DNA of 64,000 bases, taken from NCBI RefSeq assembly GCF_036384735.1, contig NZ_DASVLT010000038.1, forward strand, positions 148 to 64,147, written 5' to 3'. The notes under the pieces were generated by a model. That model was not told the origin of the DNA. It made no database searches and worked only from the letters and a program-made list of their open reading frames with translations. Source of the DNA: Bdellovibrio sp. (GTDB taxonomy: Bacteria; Bdellovibrionota; Bdellovibrionia; Bdellovibrionales; Bdellovibrionaceae). Shown piece by piece: positions 12,588 to 19,833 of the stretch (position 1 is its first letter; each line of letters begins with the position of its first letter). The translations under genes and the position numbers were made by a program.

Positions 12588-14184
12588 AGAATGAGTATTC
12601 TACGCCGCCCATGAGGGTTGTCATTTTGTGGCTTGTGCTGGTTGCAGGATCCGTGCGTTGGCCTGTGCCGCTGAAGTCGGAGTTATAATTTTCAAATAGC
12701 AACTCACCTTTTACTTTGAAACGCGTTTTCATTCGGTAGTCTGCGAAGAAGCTAAATGCGTTAATCGTGTTTGAAGATGATCCGCCACTGGAGATATTTT
12801 CACTCAAAGTTGGATTCACATACAGATCAAACTTACCACCCAAATCGATCGGCAACTGATCTGAGATCGGGAATTGTCCTGCAAGGCTAATCAGAAAGCC
12901 GCTGTATTTCATCGAAGTGAAGGCCGTTGGAGTGCTGTCGTCGATTCTAAAGTCAGTCACAGTATAGCCAGCTGCGATTTGAATTTTTGGTCCAAAGAAA
13001 TCATCAGTCAGAAGGAAATTATAGCCGCCATTGACGCCGTATTGGCTCATAGACATATTTAACTTCCCTGGGGAGGAACCTGTGTAGCCATTATCGATCG
13101 AAAACACTGATTGACGAAGTCCCACGCCGATAAACCACTCGGGATTCAGCCACATCTCGCCACGGATCAAAATATTCGGCGCCAAATTGTTGCTACCGCT
13201 GATTGAACCCGCAGAAGTCAATTTTACGTTTTGCGTGTAGGAGGAAAAACCACCCATCAGCTCTACTTTGCCGAATTGAGGATTGGATTCCGGCGTCCAC
13301 TCTTTAGGTTCATCGCCGAATGCGACATCCTTATCCGGGCGTTGGGTGATATCTGCTAAAACTTTTCCACTTGGAGTTACGACCGGAGTCGCATACTTCA
13401 CAAATTCGTCGGGCATAACCTTCGAACCTACCGCGATCACACCGGGTTCTTTTTCAAGTTCGATGTAGCCGAAACTTAGATAAGGCTCTACCTTGAAAAG
13501 TTTCACACGACCCAGAACTTCTTTTTCCGTGCTAATCATGAATTTCAATTTTGGATGACGATTCACTTTGATGATCTGAACAACAGACACGCGGCTGTCG
13601 GGTTTTAAGCCATAGTTGCTTCCTAAATTCAAAGTCACTTGTTGGCCGCGGCGGCTAAGAATTGTCGCACGGAAAGGCATGCGGGATTTTATATTTTCAA
13701 AAAGTTTTCTGACTTGATTGTTGATGTCAGAGATTTCAAAACCTTTGTAATCAGTAAGGCTTTCCTGCAATAAAGGCAAACCATCGCGACCAACATACAA
13801 AGTCATTGTGATAGAAATGCCTCGAGGGCCTTTAATTAATTTTGTTGTTAAAGCGGCTTCTGATTTTCCTGCCTGAAGAATTTTTTTTACATCCTCGGGG
13901 TGTTCATCAAGAAGTTCGGATTTTATTTGCAAGCCTTTTGGAAATTCTGTGAGTGACCACTGTTTATCATCGTTCAAAACTTTATGAAGCTCTTCATCGA
14001 TAGGTTTCGCATAAATTCCACCAACATTATCAGTTGCTGGAACAAGAACGATGGATTTAATCGCCAGATCTTGGTCAATGGCACTGACGTATGTGTTCTG
14101 GGCATTCGTCTGGGCGCTAGCAGGATGAAAGACAGTGAAAAAGCTGATCATCACGATGGCGAAACTAAGAAAGAATGATTTCAT
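12586..14184 (-). CDS. secreted protein with a FlgT-C-like domain and a C-terminal outer-membrane beta-barrel-like region
   Basis: Signal peptide; ATILSRRGQQVTLNLGSNYGLKPDSRVSVV segment; alternating beta-strands ending GVEYSF. Confidence 0.7.
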   Translation of the reverse strand: MKSFFLSFAIVMISFFTVFHPASAQTNAQNTYVSAIDQDLAIKSIVLVPATDNVGGIYAKPIDEELHKVLNDDKQWSLTEFPKGLQIKSELLDEHPEDVKKILQAGKSEAALTTKLIKGPRGISITMTLYVGRDGLPLLQESLTDYKGFEISDINNQVRKLFENIKSRMPFRATILSRRGQQVTLNLGSNYGLKPDSRVSVVQIIKVNRHPKLKFMISTEKEVLGRVKLFKVEPYLSFGYIELEKEPGVIAVGSKVMPDEFVKYATPVVTPSGKVLADITQRPDKDVAFGDEPKEWTPESNPQFGKVELMGGFSSYTQNVKLTSAGSISGSNNLAPNILIRGEMWLNPEWFIGVGLRQSVFSIDNGYTGSSPGKLNMSMSQYGVNGGYNFLLTDDFFGPKIQIAAGYTVTDFRIDDSTPTAFTSMKYSGFLISLAGQFPISDQLPIDLGGKFDLYVNPTLSENISSGGSSSNTINAFSFFADYRMKTRFKVKGELLFENYNSDFSGTGQRTDPATSTSHKMTTLMGGVEYSF

Positions 14185-14227
14185 ATTTTTATTCTGCCTG
14201 TCTCTCGAAAACTCGTCAATTTGACAT

Positions 14228-14254
14228 CAAGTAATTCAGACCGTGAGCCGAAAT
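14228..14254 (+). promoter_or_regulatory. sigma28 (FliA)-like promoter
   Basis: CAAG-N15-GCCGAAAT just upstream of ATG 14262. Confidence 0.55.
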
Positions 14255-14261
14255 AATTTGC

Positions 14262-15479
14262 ATGAAATTGATCAAATTCTTTTTGCTTTCGTTAGTTCTT
14301 TTGATGAGCAGCTCGCTAGTGCATGCGCAGTCTAGTCTGGAGGGTTTCTCTACAGGTCGTTACGAGATTCGCCCGACGAAAAAGAAGAACCGTCTGCCGA
14401 CTGCCGTGGAAGAAACTGAAGAAAATGATGATGAAAAGCCAGTCACTGATTCTGACGGTATCAAAGTGCGTGTTCTGACGCCGAAACAACTGGCTGATGA
14501 AAAAGCCAAAGAAGCAGCGGCAAAGGCAAAGCTTGAAGCAGACAAAGCTGCGGCTGAAAAATTAGCCGCAGATAAAGCTGCTGCCGAAAAACAAGTTGCT
14601 GATGCAAAGGTCCTTTCACAGAATCTAGAACTTGCAAAAAAAGAGGAACAAGCGACCGTCGAGGACACACAGTTGGAAGAACCAACAATCGGAGAACAGG
14701 CAGAATCTCTCTTTAACAGTAGTGCTGACAAAGTTTATGATTACTATGCTCAGAAAATACACCCAGACGACATTCGTAACAATAAAGTTGAAATTGAGTT
14801 TGCTCCGGTAGTGGCTTATAACGACTCCAAGTCAGACTACTCGTTCCGTAACTACAATGCCTTTTTTGAAGCCATGAAAATCAAGGCGGGTGTGTGGTTG
14901 ACTCCGTTGATTGGTGTTTCTGGACAGATTTTATTTTCTTTTGGTGCGGATGTCGATGATGCGAATCATTCTAAAGTCTCTGCAAAATATGAAAATTTAG
15001 ATCTAGCATTGAACTTCCGTAAGTTTTTTGGAGTATCTAGAAAAGCGAACTCTTTGGAATTTTCGGTTTTGTATAGCGATGATCAATATAAGGTTTCTGA
15101 GGATAGCCAGAAGCACCCGCGTTTGCATTCGTCGGGTCTGGGTGTGGGCTTAAAGGCTCGATTCCCGACCTCGCTTTCTTATGCATGGACGGTGGGTGGG
15201 ACATTCTTCCCAAGATTGGCTCATAACGAATCGGCGACGGCTGTTGATGTCAGCTCTGGTTCAAGTGACGAAAACACGCGCATTGGATTTGATCTAGGCG
15301 GCGAATGGAAGTTTTCGCGTTACAGTCAGATGACTTGGAACATGGGGGTTTCCTCTGAAAGAAATCTTTTCAGCGGCCCTGCTTCTTTGCCAGACCCACA
15401 GACGGGAAATACTCCAATAAACGTCAGCGTGACGAATACGATGTACATGTTCAACCTAGGCTATCGTTGGGGTCATTAA
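14262..15479 (+). CDS. secreted protein with an Ala/Lys/Glu-rich helical linker and a C-terminal beta-barrel-like domain
   Basis: Signal peptide (VHA|Q); ADKAAAEK repeated twice (14538-14591); ends FNLGYRWGH. Confidence 0.75.
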   Translation: MKLIKFFLLSLVLLMSSSLVHAQSSLEGFSTGRYEIRPTKKKNRLPTAVEETEENDDEKPVTDSDGIKVRVLTPKQLADEKAKEAAAKAKLEADKAAAEKLAADKAAAEKQVADAKVLSQNLELAKKEEQATVEDTQLEEPTIGEQAESLFNSSADKVYDYYAQKIHPDDIRNNKVEIEFAPVVAYNDSKSDYSFRNYNAFFEAMKIKAGVWLTPLIGVSGQILFSFGADVDDANHSKVSAKYENLDLALNFRKFFGVSRKANSLEFSVLYSDDQYKVSEDSQKHPRLHSSGLGVGLKARFPTSLSYAWTVGGTFFPRLAHNESATAVDVSSGSSDENTRIGFDLGGEWKFSRYSQMTWNMGVSSERNLFSGPASLPDPQTGNTPINVSVTNTMYMFNLGYRWGH

Positions 15480-15523
15480 AATACACTCATCAAAGTGCAG
15501 CGAAATCCATATACTAAAGGCGT

Positions 15524-15916
15524 ATGAAGATACGTTTTGCTGTTGTAGATGATGCCGCCTTCCTTCGAGAACTTATAAAAAATATTGTAAGCTCTGCGGG
15601 TGGCGTTTGTGTGGGTGAAGCTGAGAACGGCGACGAAGCCGTGAAGCTCGTTCAAGCCACTCTGCCCGATCTTGTCTTTCTTGATATGGTGATGCCTCAA
15701 CGCAATGGCATTGAAACAGCAAAAATTCTAAAGGAGCTTGCTCCGGACATTAAAATCATTGGCTGTTCGACGATCGATAACGATGCGTTGATTGAAAAAG
15801 CCAAAGAAGCTGGCTTTGACGAGTACCTGACGAAGCCATTTACCAAAGATCAAATTTTAAAAACAATTTCCAAAGTGTTGCCACAGCAAGGGGAATCAAC
15901 CCATGGAAGAACTTAA
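15524..15916 (+). CDS. stand-alone response regulator receiver (CheY-like)
   Basis: VVDD, phospho-Asp in VFLDMVMP, YLTKPF. Confidence 0.92.
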   Translation: MKIRFAVVDDAAFLRELIKNIVSSAGGVCVGEAENGDEAVKLVQATLPDLVFLDMVMPQRNGIETAKILKELAPDIKIIGCSTIDNDALIEKAKEAGFDEYLTKPFTKDQILKTISKVLPQQGESTHGRT

Positions 15917-16163
15917 GTTCGTTCTTAAAACATTCGCTTTTACATGTCTTCTTATTGTTTTGATGCAGGTGAAAGTGGGTGGAGCTTCAATCGAAAGCTA
16001 TTCATTCAGATGGCTTCAACACTCGACTGTTTCTCAGTGGGTTCAAAGTGCCGCAGCAGGTGGTGCGATGGCACTTAGAAATCTAGGCCATCATGTGAAA
16101 GACGGTGTTGTGAGCACCGTTGATGGATTCCAAGAAGGCGCTTCGGAAAAGGCCGTTCGTTAG
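15903..16163 (+). CDS. small membrane-anchored hypothetical protein
   Basis: 86 aa; N-terminal hydrophobic helix; ggggaa RBS; overlaps the receiver gene stop. Confidence 0.7.
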   Translation: MEELKFVLKTFAFTCLLIVLMQVKVGGASIESYSFRWLQHSTVSQWVQSAAAGGAMALRNLGHHVKDGVVSTVDGFQEGASEKAVR

Positions 16164-16166
16164 AAA

Positions 16167-16355
16167 TTATTTAATAGCTTGATTATTCGAAGTAGCTGCT
16201 TGAGTTCCTTGGGCTTGGATCGAGGAAGGTGCCGTCGTATTTGCAAAGAGGCTGTTGCCTTGGCTTGTCATCATGTGAGTGCATTTCGAACCAGCAAAAG
16301 AAGTAGAAGCGATTGTTAGGATTGCTGCTGTGATGATTGCTTTAGTGATTGTCAT
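16167..16355 (-). CDS. small secreted Hit-like peptide A (62 aa)
   Basis: MTITKAIITAAILTIASTSFA|GSKCTH...SLFANT...NQAIK; gaggt RBS; the track's upstream ATG (16415) lies inside the promoter motif. Confidence 0.75.
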   Translation of the reverse strand: MTITKAIITAAILTIASTSFAGSKCTHMMTSQGNSLFANTTAPSSIQAQGTQAATSNNQAIK

Positions 16356-16398
16356 TGTAACCTCTTTGTCTAAAAGTTCGTTGTACACAAGAGGGTAT

Positions 16399-16414
16399 TG
16401 CATCGGTTGTGCCA
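16399..16414 (-). promoter_or_regulatory. sigma54 (RpoN) -24/-12 promoter
   Basis: TGGCACAACCGATGCA with GG and GC at canonical spacing. Confidence 0.7.
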
Positions 16415-16541
16415 TGATTTTCGAATCATAGTGAGATTGCGTTGACGAAGAATCAACGACTTAGAAGAAGCGCTTCTCAGAATGAGAGAGCACATGCCGT
16501 CACGCGCCCTTTTCGTTCCGCGCGTGCCTACGCTTTTGACA

Positions 16542-16580
16542 AAAGGGGAAGGAGAGCAGCCAGGGGGGAAGCTACTCTCC
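16542..16580 (-). terminator. hairpin terminator after peptide B
   Basis: Minus strand ggagagtagc-N10-gctgctctcc followed by ttcccctttt. Confidence 0.55.
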
Positions 16581-16603
16581 TAGGGGGCAATTTCTAAATT
16601 GTT

Positions 16604-16789
16604 CTAGTTGATAGCGCCGTTCGCAGAGCTAGAACTAGATGTTGCAGGTGCAGATTGTTTTGCACGTTGCTTTGGATTTGTAGAAGCGAAAAGAGAACCG
16701 TTATCCTTATGTGCGCATTTTGGTTCCGCGATTGACGCAGAAGCAGAAGCTAGGACGAAAGCAGCCATTAAAATTTTCGCGATCTTCAT
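16604..16789 (-). CDS. small secreted Hit-like peptide B (61 aa)
   Basis: MKIAKILMAAFVLASASASIA|EPKCAH...SLFAST...NGAIN; aggag RBS. Confidence 0.8.
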   Translation of the reverse strand: MKIAKILMAAFVLASASASIAEPKCAHKDNGSLFASTNPKQRAKQSAPATSSSSSANGAIN

Positions 16790-16832
16790 GGGGGACTCCT
16801 TTGATAGATATAAATCTTCATAAGGAGTCTAT

Positions 16833-16848
16833 TGCAGCGGTTGTGCCA
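16833..16848 (-). promoter_or_regulatory. sigma54 (RpoN) -24/-12 promoter
   Basis: TGGCACAACCGCTGCA; the surrounding 22 bp match 16396-16417 at 21 of 22 positions. Confidence 0.7.
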
Positions 16849-16856
16849 TGAAGTAT

Positions 16857-16877
16857 GTCTCAGACTGAGACGTCTCA
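16857..16877. promoter_or_regulatory. GTCTCA-N3-TGAGAC palindrome with an overlapping TGAGACGTCTCA
   Basis: gtctcagactgagacgtctca, directly upstream of a sigma54-type promoter. Confidence 0.5.
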
Positions 16878-16915
16878 CTTGTCTTATCAATGACTTAGGG
16901 GGCAGGGGCTCTAAA

Positions 16916-16946
16916 TAAAAAAGGCCCGGATTGTTCCGAGCCCTTT
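16916..16946 (-). terminator. intrinsic terminator of the tad-YD-hit transcript
   Basis: Minus strand gggctcgga-acaa-tccgggcct followed by a U-tract. Confidence 0.8.
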
Positions 16947-16978
16947 TGTGTCCTTCGTATGCAAACTGACTATACAGC

Positions 16979-17257
16979 TTAGTTGCCGATAGCGCCGTTT
17001 CCTTTAGAAGAGTCAGGTGACCCTGAAGAACCAGATCTTGGCTGAGCCGTTGTGGCGTCTTGCATGCGCATGTGTTTCAAGCGAGCCAAACATTCCTTAC
17101 ACTCACCTACTGATGCCACCGCAGCGCCTTGTGAAACCATTGCTTCATTTGGATCGTCGCCTGGGTTCACAGTGCGTTTAGAATCGTCTTGTGCGAATGC
17201 AGAGAAAGCTGAACTTAAAGAAACCAAGATTGTCGTTAGAACTAAAATCTTCTTCAT
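16979..17257 (-). CDS. hit: Hit (Bd0108-like) host-interaction protein
   Basis: Signal peptide; VNPGDDPNEA and ECKECLA motifs as recalled for Bd0108; lies directly downstream of the YD-repeat gene. Confidence 0.85.
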   Translation of the reverse strand: MKKILVLTTILVSLSSAFSAFAQDDSKRTVNPGDDPNEAMVSQGAAVASVGECKECLARLKHMRMQDATTAQPRSGSSGSPDSSKGNGAIGN

Positions 17258-17270
17258 AAATCCACCTTCC

Positions 17271-18923
17271 TTATAGATAAAGCTCAGCTGTTGCTGGAGC
17301 GATAATATCTAGCAAGTTGTTGAAAGTGCTGGCCACTTGCATTGCCACTGAAGGACCCTCTTTGCTATCCACTTTGTTGATCTCTCCATTCGTTTTGTAA
17401 GAGACCTGAATAGTACCAAGACCCGGACGAGTTACGATTGATGGTTTACCATAACGCTCTTCGTATTCGATCTTAACCACTTTTTTCGCCTGATCTGTGA
17501 TCGTAGCGATGCGGCCGCGATTATCATACGTCATAGAGATCTTTTGACCATCGCTATTCTGAGCGAATGCAAGATTTCCTTTAGCGTCGTATTTAAATTG
17601 AGTTTGTTTCGTAGCCACTTTTGCACCCTTCGCATTGAAGAATACAGTAGTTACTTCACTTACCTTCTTAACCTTTGGATCGTAATCATAAGACATACGC
17701 ATTGCTGCTGTTGCCTTTGTTTTTACAAGACCATCTGGATAATATTCATAAGAGATACGATCTGTATTGCGGCGAATTGATGTCGGTTTGCCGAATACTT
17801 CATGGTAAGTGATATCAGTCACGTTACCATTTACTGTCGTAGCTACACGTTGCAAATAGTATTGACCGTCAGGGCGTTGTGCATGCCAGAATTCATACTT
17901 ATTATCAGCAACTGTTTCTTTGCCGCACACTTTTTTAACCGTCGACCAGTAGTGATTTTTTGGATCGTTTGTTGCGAACTCATATTTGTATGATTCCACA
18001 CACTTATCGCGATCTGCGAAACCGATAACCCAGTCGTTTTTCTTATCGTATTTCAAAGCCACGAAAGTCTTATCTGGCCAAGTTGCTTTGGTAAGGTTGT
18101 GAAGATCATCGTACTCGTAAGTATAAGTCTTCAACCAAGCATTTTTCACAGAAGCCAAGTCGTCAAGATTTGCGAACTTATAGTCAGCCATCAAACCATT
18201 TGGACCTGTGATCGATTTAACTTTTTTATTTTGGTAGTACTTGAATGTCAATCGACGACCATTGTTGTCTTCGATTTGCGCGATCACGTCTTTGTCATAC
18301 GTGAATTTCAAGTAGTTACCGTTCTTGTCATAGATATGTGTCAGCTTGCCTTGAGGGCTGAAGCGTTGAGCGCTGCCATCTGGAAGGTTGCGAGTGTAGT
18401 AAGTTTTATTGAAAACAAAATGCTCAACCTCGCGGCCGTTCGCATAGAACTTGGTTCCTTCGCGAACTGGAGGAGTTAATCCGTACTTCGCTGCTAGTTC
18501 AGAACGAGTATTATCGTCTTCAACCAATTGAGTTTTTAAAGTATTGAGGTAGGCCTCAGTTACGCCGACTTTCCTTTCAGCTCTCATCTTAGTGATGATC
18601 GAGTTGATTGTCTTATCAACATCTGCACGACTTACTTCGCGTGGAGAGAACGTGACTTCCAAACCGCCACCGCACTCTTTCACTTTCAAGTTACCTTCAG
18701 CAGTTACTTCCATTGTCGTTTCGAAGTCAGAGCACCAACCGAAACCGAACATGCCGTTGAAGAGTGAACGAGAGTTGTAAGTTCTTACGATTTTAAGATC
18801 GTATCCGCTTCCTGGAACATCCATATCAATCCAGGTATTGGAGTAATTGGCGTTTTTCATGTCGACAAGCGCGTGGGCTTGCGCAGAAAAAAGAACGGCA
18901 ATTGCCAAGAGAGTTTTCTTCAT
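17271..18923 (-). CDS. secreted YD-repeat/RHS-like protein (Bd0109-like) with a DUF6531-like N-terminus
   Basis: RTYNSR...GMFGFGWCS, then many YD/YE-x-x-G repeats; no PxxxxDPxG core end and no toxin tail. Confidence 0.9.
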   Translation of the reverse strand: MKKTLLAIAVLFSAQAHALVDMKNANYSNTWIDMDVPGSGYDLKIVRTYNSRSLFNGMFGFGWCSDFETTMEVTAEGNLKVKECGGGLEVTFSPREVSRADVDKTINSIITKMRAERKVGVTEAYLNTLKTQLVEDDNTRSELAAKYGLTPPVREGTKFYANGREVEHFVFNKTYYTRNLPDGSAQRFSPQGKLTHIYDKNGNYLKFTYDKDVIAQIEDNNGRRLTFKYYQNKKVKSITGPNGLMADYKFANLDDLASVKNAWLKTYTYEYDDLHNLTKATWPDKTFVALKYDKKNDWVIGFADRDKCVESYKYEFATNDPKNHYWSTVKKVCGKETVADNKYEFWHAQRPDGQYYLQRVATTVNGNVTDITYHEVFGKPTSIRRNTDRISYEYYPDGLVKTKATAAMRMSYDYDPKVKKVSEVTTVFFNAKGAKVATKQTQFKYDAKGNLAFAQNSDGQKISMTYDNRGRIATITDQAKKVVKIEYEERYGKPSIVTRPGLGTIQVSYKTNGEINKVDSKEGPSVAMQVASTFNNLLDIIAPATAELYL

Positions 18924-18954
18924 TTGTTTCTACCTCATCCTTGAAACTGACAAA

Positions 18955-19830
18955 CTACACTTTAATGGTAACAAGCTTTTTAATGACTACGCCACCGATA
19001 ACTTGCAGACATAGCATCACAAACAGCAACACTAGACCTAAGGTTGTGGTAAACATAGGCTTGATGAAATTCGGATCGATCATAAGGAATACGGCCATCA
19101 AAACAAACGGGATCATAGTCACGATAATCCCTTGCATAAGGCCTTGCGCAGTCAGAGCTTGAATTTTTTTCTCGACCTTTTGTCTTTCGCGAATGACTAT
19201 GACGATGGTCTGGAAAGTCTCTGCCAAGTTACCGCCGGTCTCTTTTAAGATATTGATCGCCGTCACGAACATCTGAACATCGGGACGGGGAATGCGATTT
19301 CCTAAATCGTTCAAGGCGCTCTCGAAACTGTCACCAACTTGCATTTGATAAAGAACTTGCGCGAATTCCTGACTGATAGGATTTCCCATGATCTCTACCA
19401 CACGCTTCATCGATTCCTGTGGATTTGATCCGGCTTTAATACCGTTGGCCATGATTGTTAGGCCATCGACCATTTGATCTGTGAATGTCGAGCAACGACG
19501 TTCATAGATTGTCCGCACAAGAAGCAAAGGCAATTGCCATCCCGCGATCGTGAGTGAGCAACCAAAGAAGATTCCCATCAAAACACTCGGCCAGCATAAT
19601 AGGAATGCTAAAGCGCCGACACCAAAGCTCATCAACAAAATCATAATGGTGATGCGCTTTTCATCGACTTCAGAACCCATCAAACGAAGAATCTTAATCA
19701 CTTCTTCTCGTTGACCCAGGCTGCGCTTGTGAAGCCACGCAACGCCTTTCTCTGCCCACATCAAAATAATGATGAAGACGCAAATACCAAAAAGAGGAAT
19801 CATGATCCATTCGTTAAATAGAAAATGCAT
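18955..19830 (-). CDS. tadB: Tad pilus assembly platform protein TadB
   Basis: T2SSF-type motif ETGGNLAETFQTI...RERQK; several TM helices. Confidence 0.9.
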   Translation of the reverse strand: MHFLFNEWIMIPLFGICVFIIILMWAEKGVAWLHKRSLGQREEVIKILRLMGSEVDEKRITIMILLMSFGVGALAFLLCWPSVLMGIFFGCSLTIAGWQLPLLLVRTIYERRCSTFTDQMVDGLTIMANGIKAGSNPQESMKRVVEIMGNPISQEFAQVLYQMQVGDSFESALNDLGNRIPRPDVQMFVTAINILKETGGNLAETFQTIVIVIRERQKVEKKIQALTAQGLMQGIIVTMIPFVLMAVFLMIDPNFIKPMFTTTLGLVLLFVMLCLQVIGGVVIKKLVTIKV

Positions 19831-19833
19831 ACT

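Noticed and set aside
14538-14591. 30-nt-period repeat
   Set aside because: An in-frame ADKAAAEK coding repeat with synonymous differences, not CRISPR-like or mobile.
16356-16415. MAQPMQYP... extension of peptide A
   Set aside because: The ATG lies inside the sigma54 motif that is duplicated at 16830-16851; the RBS and signal peptide support the start at 16355.
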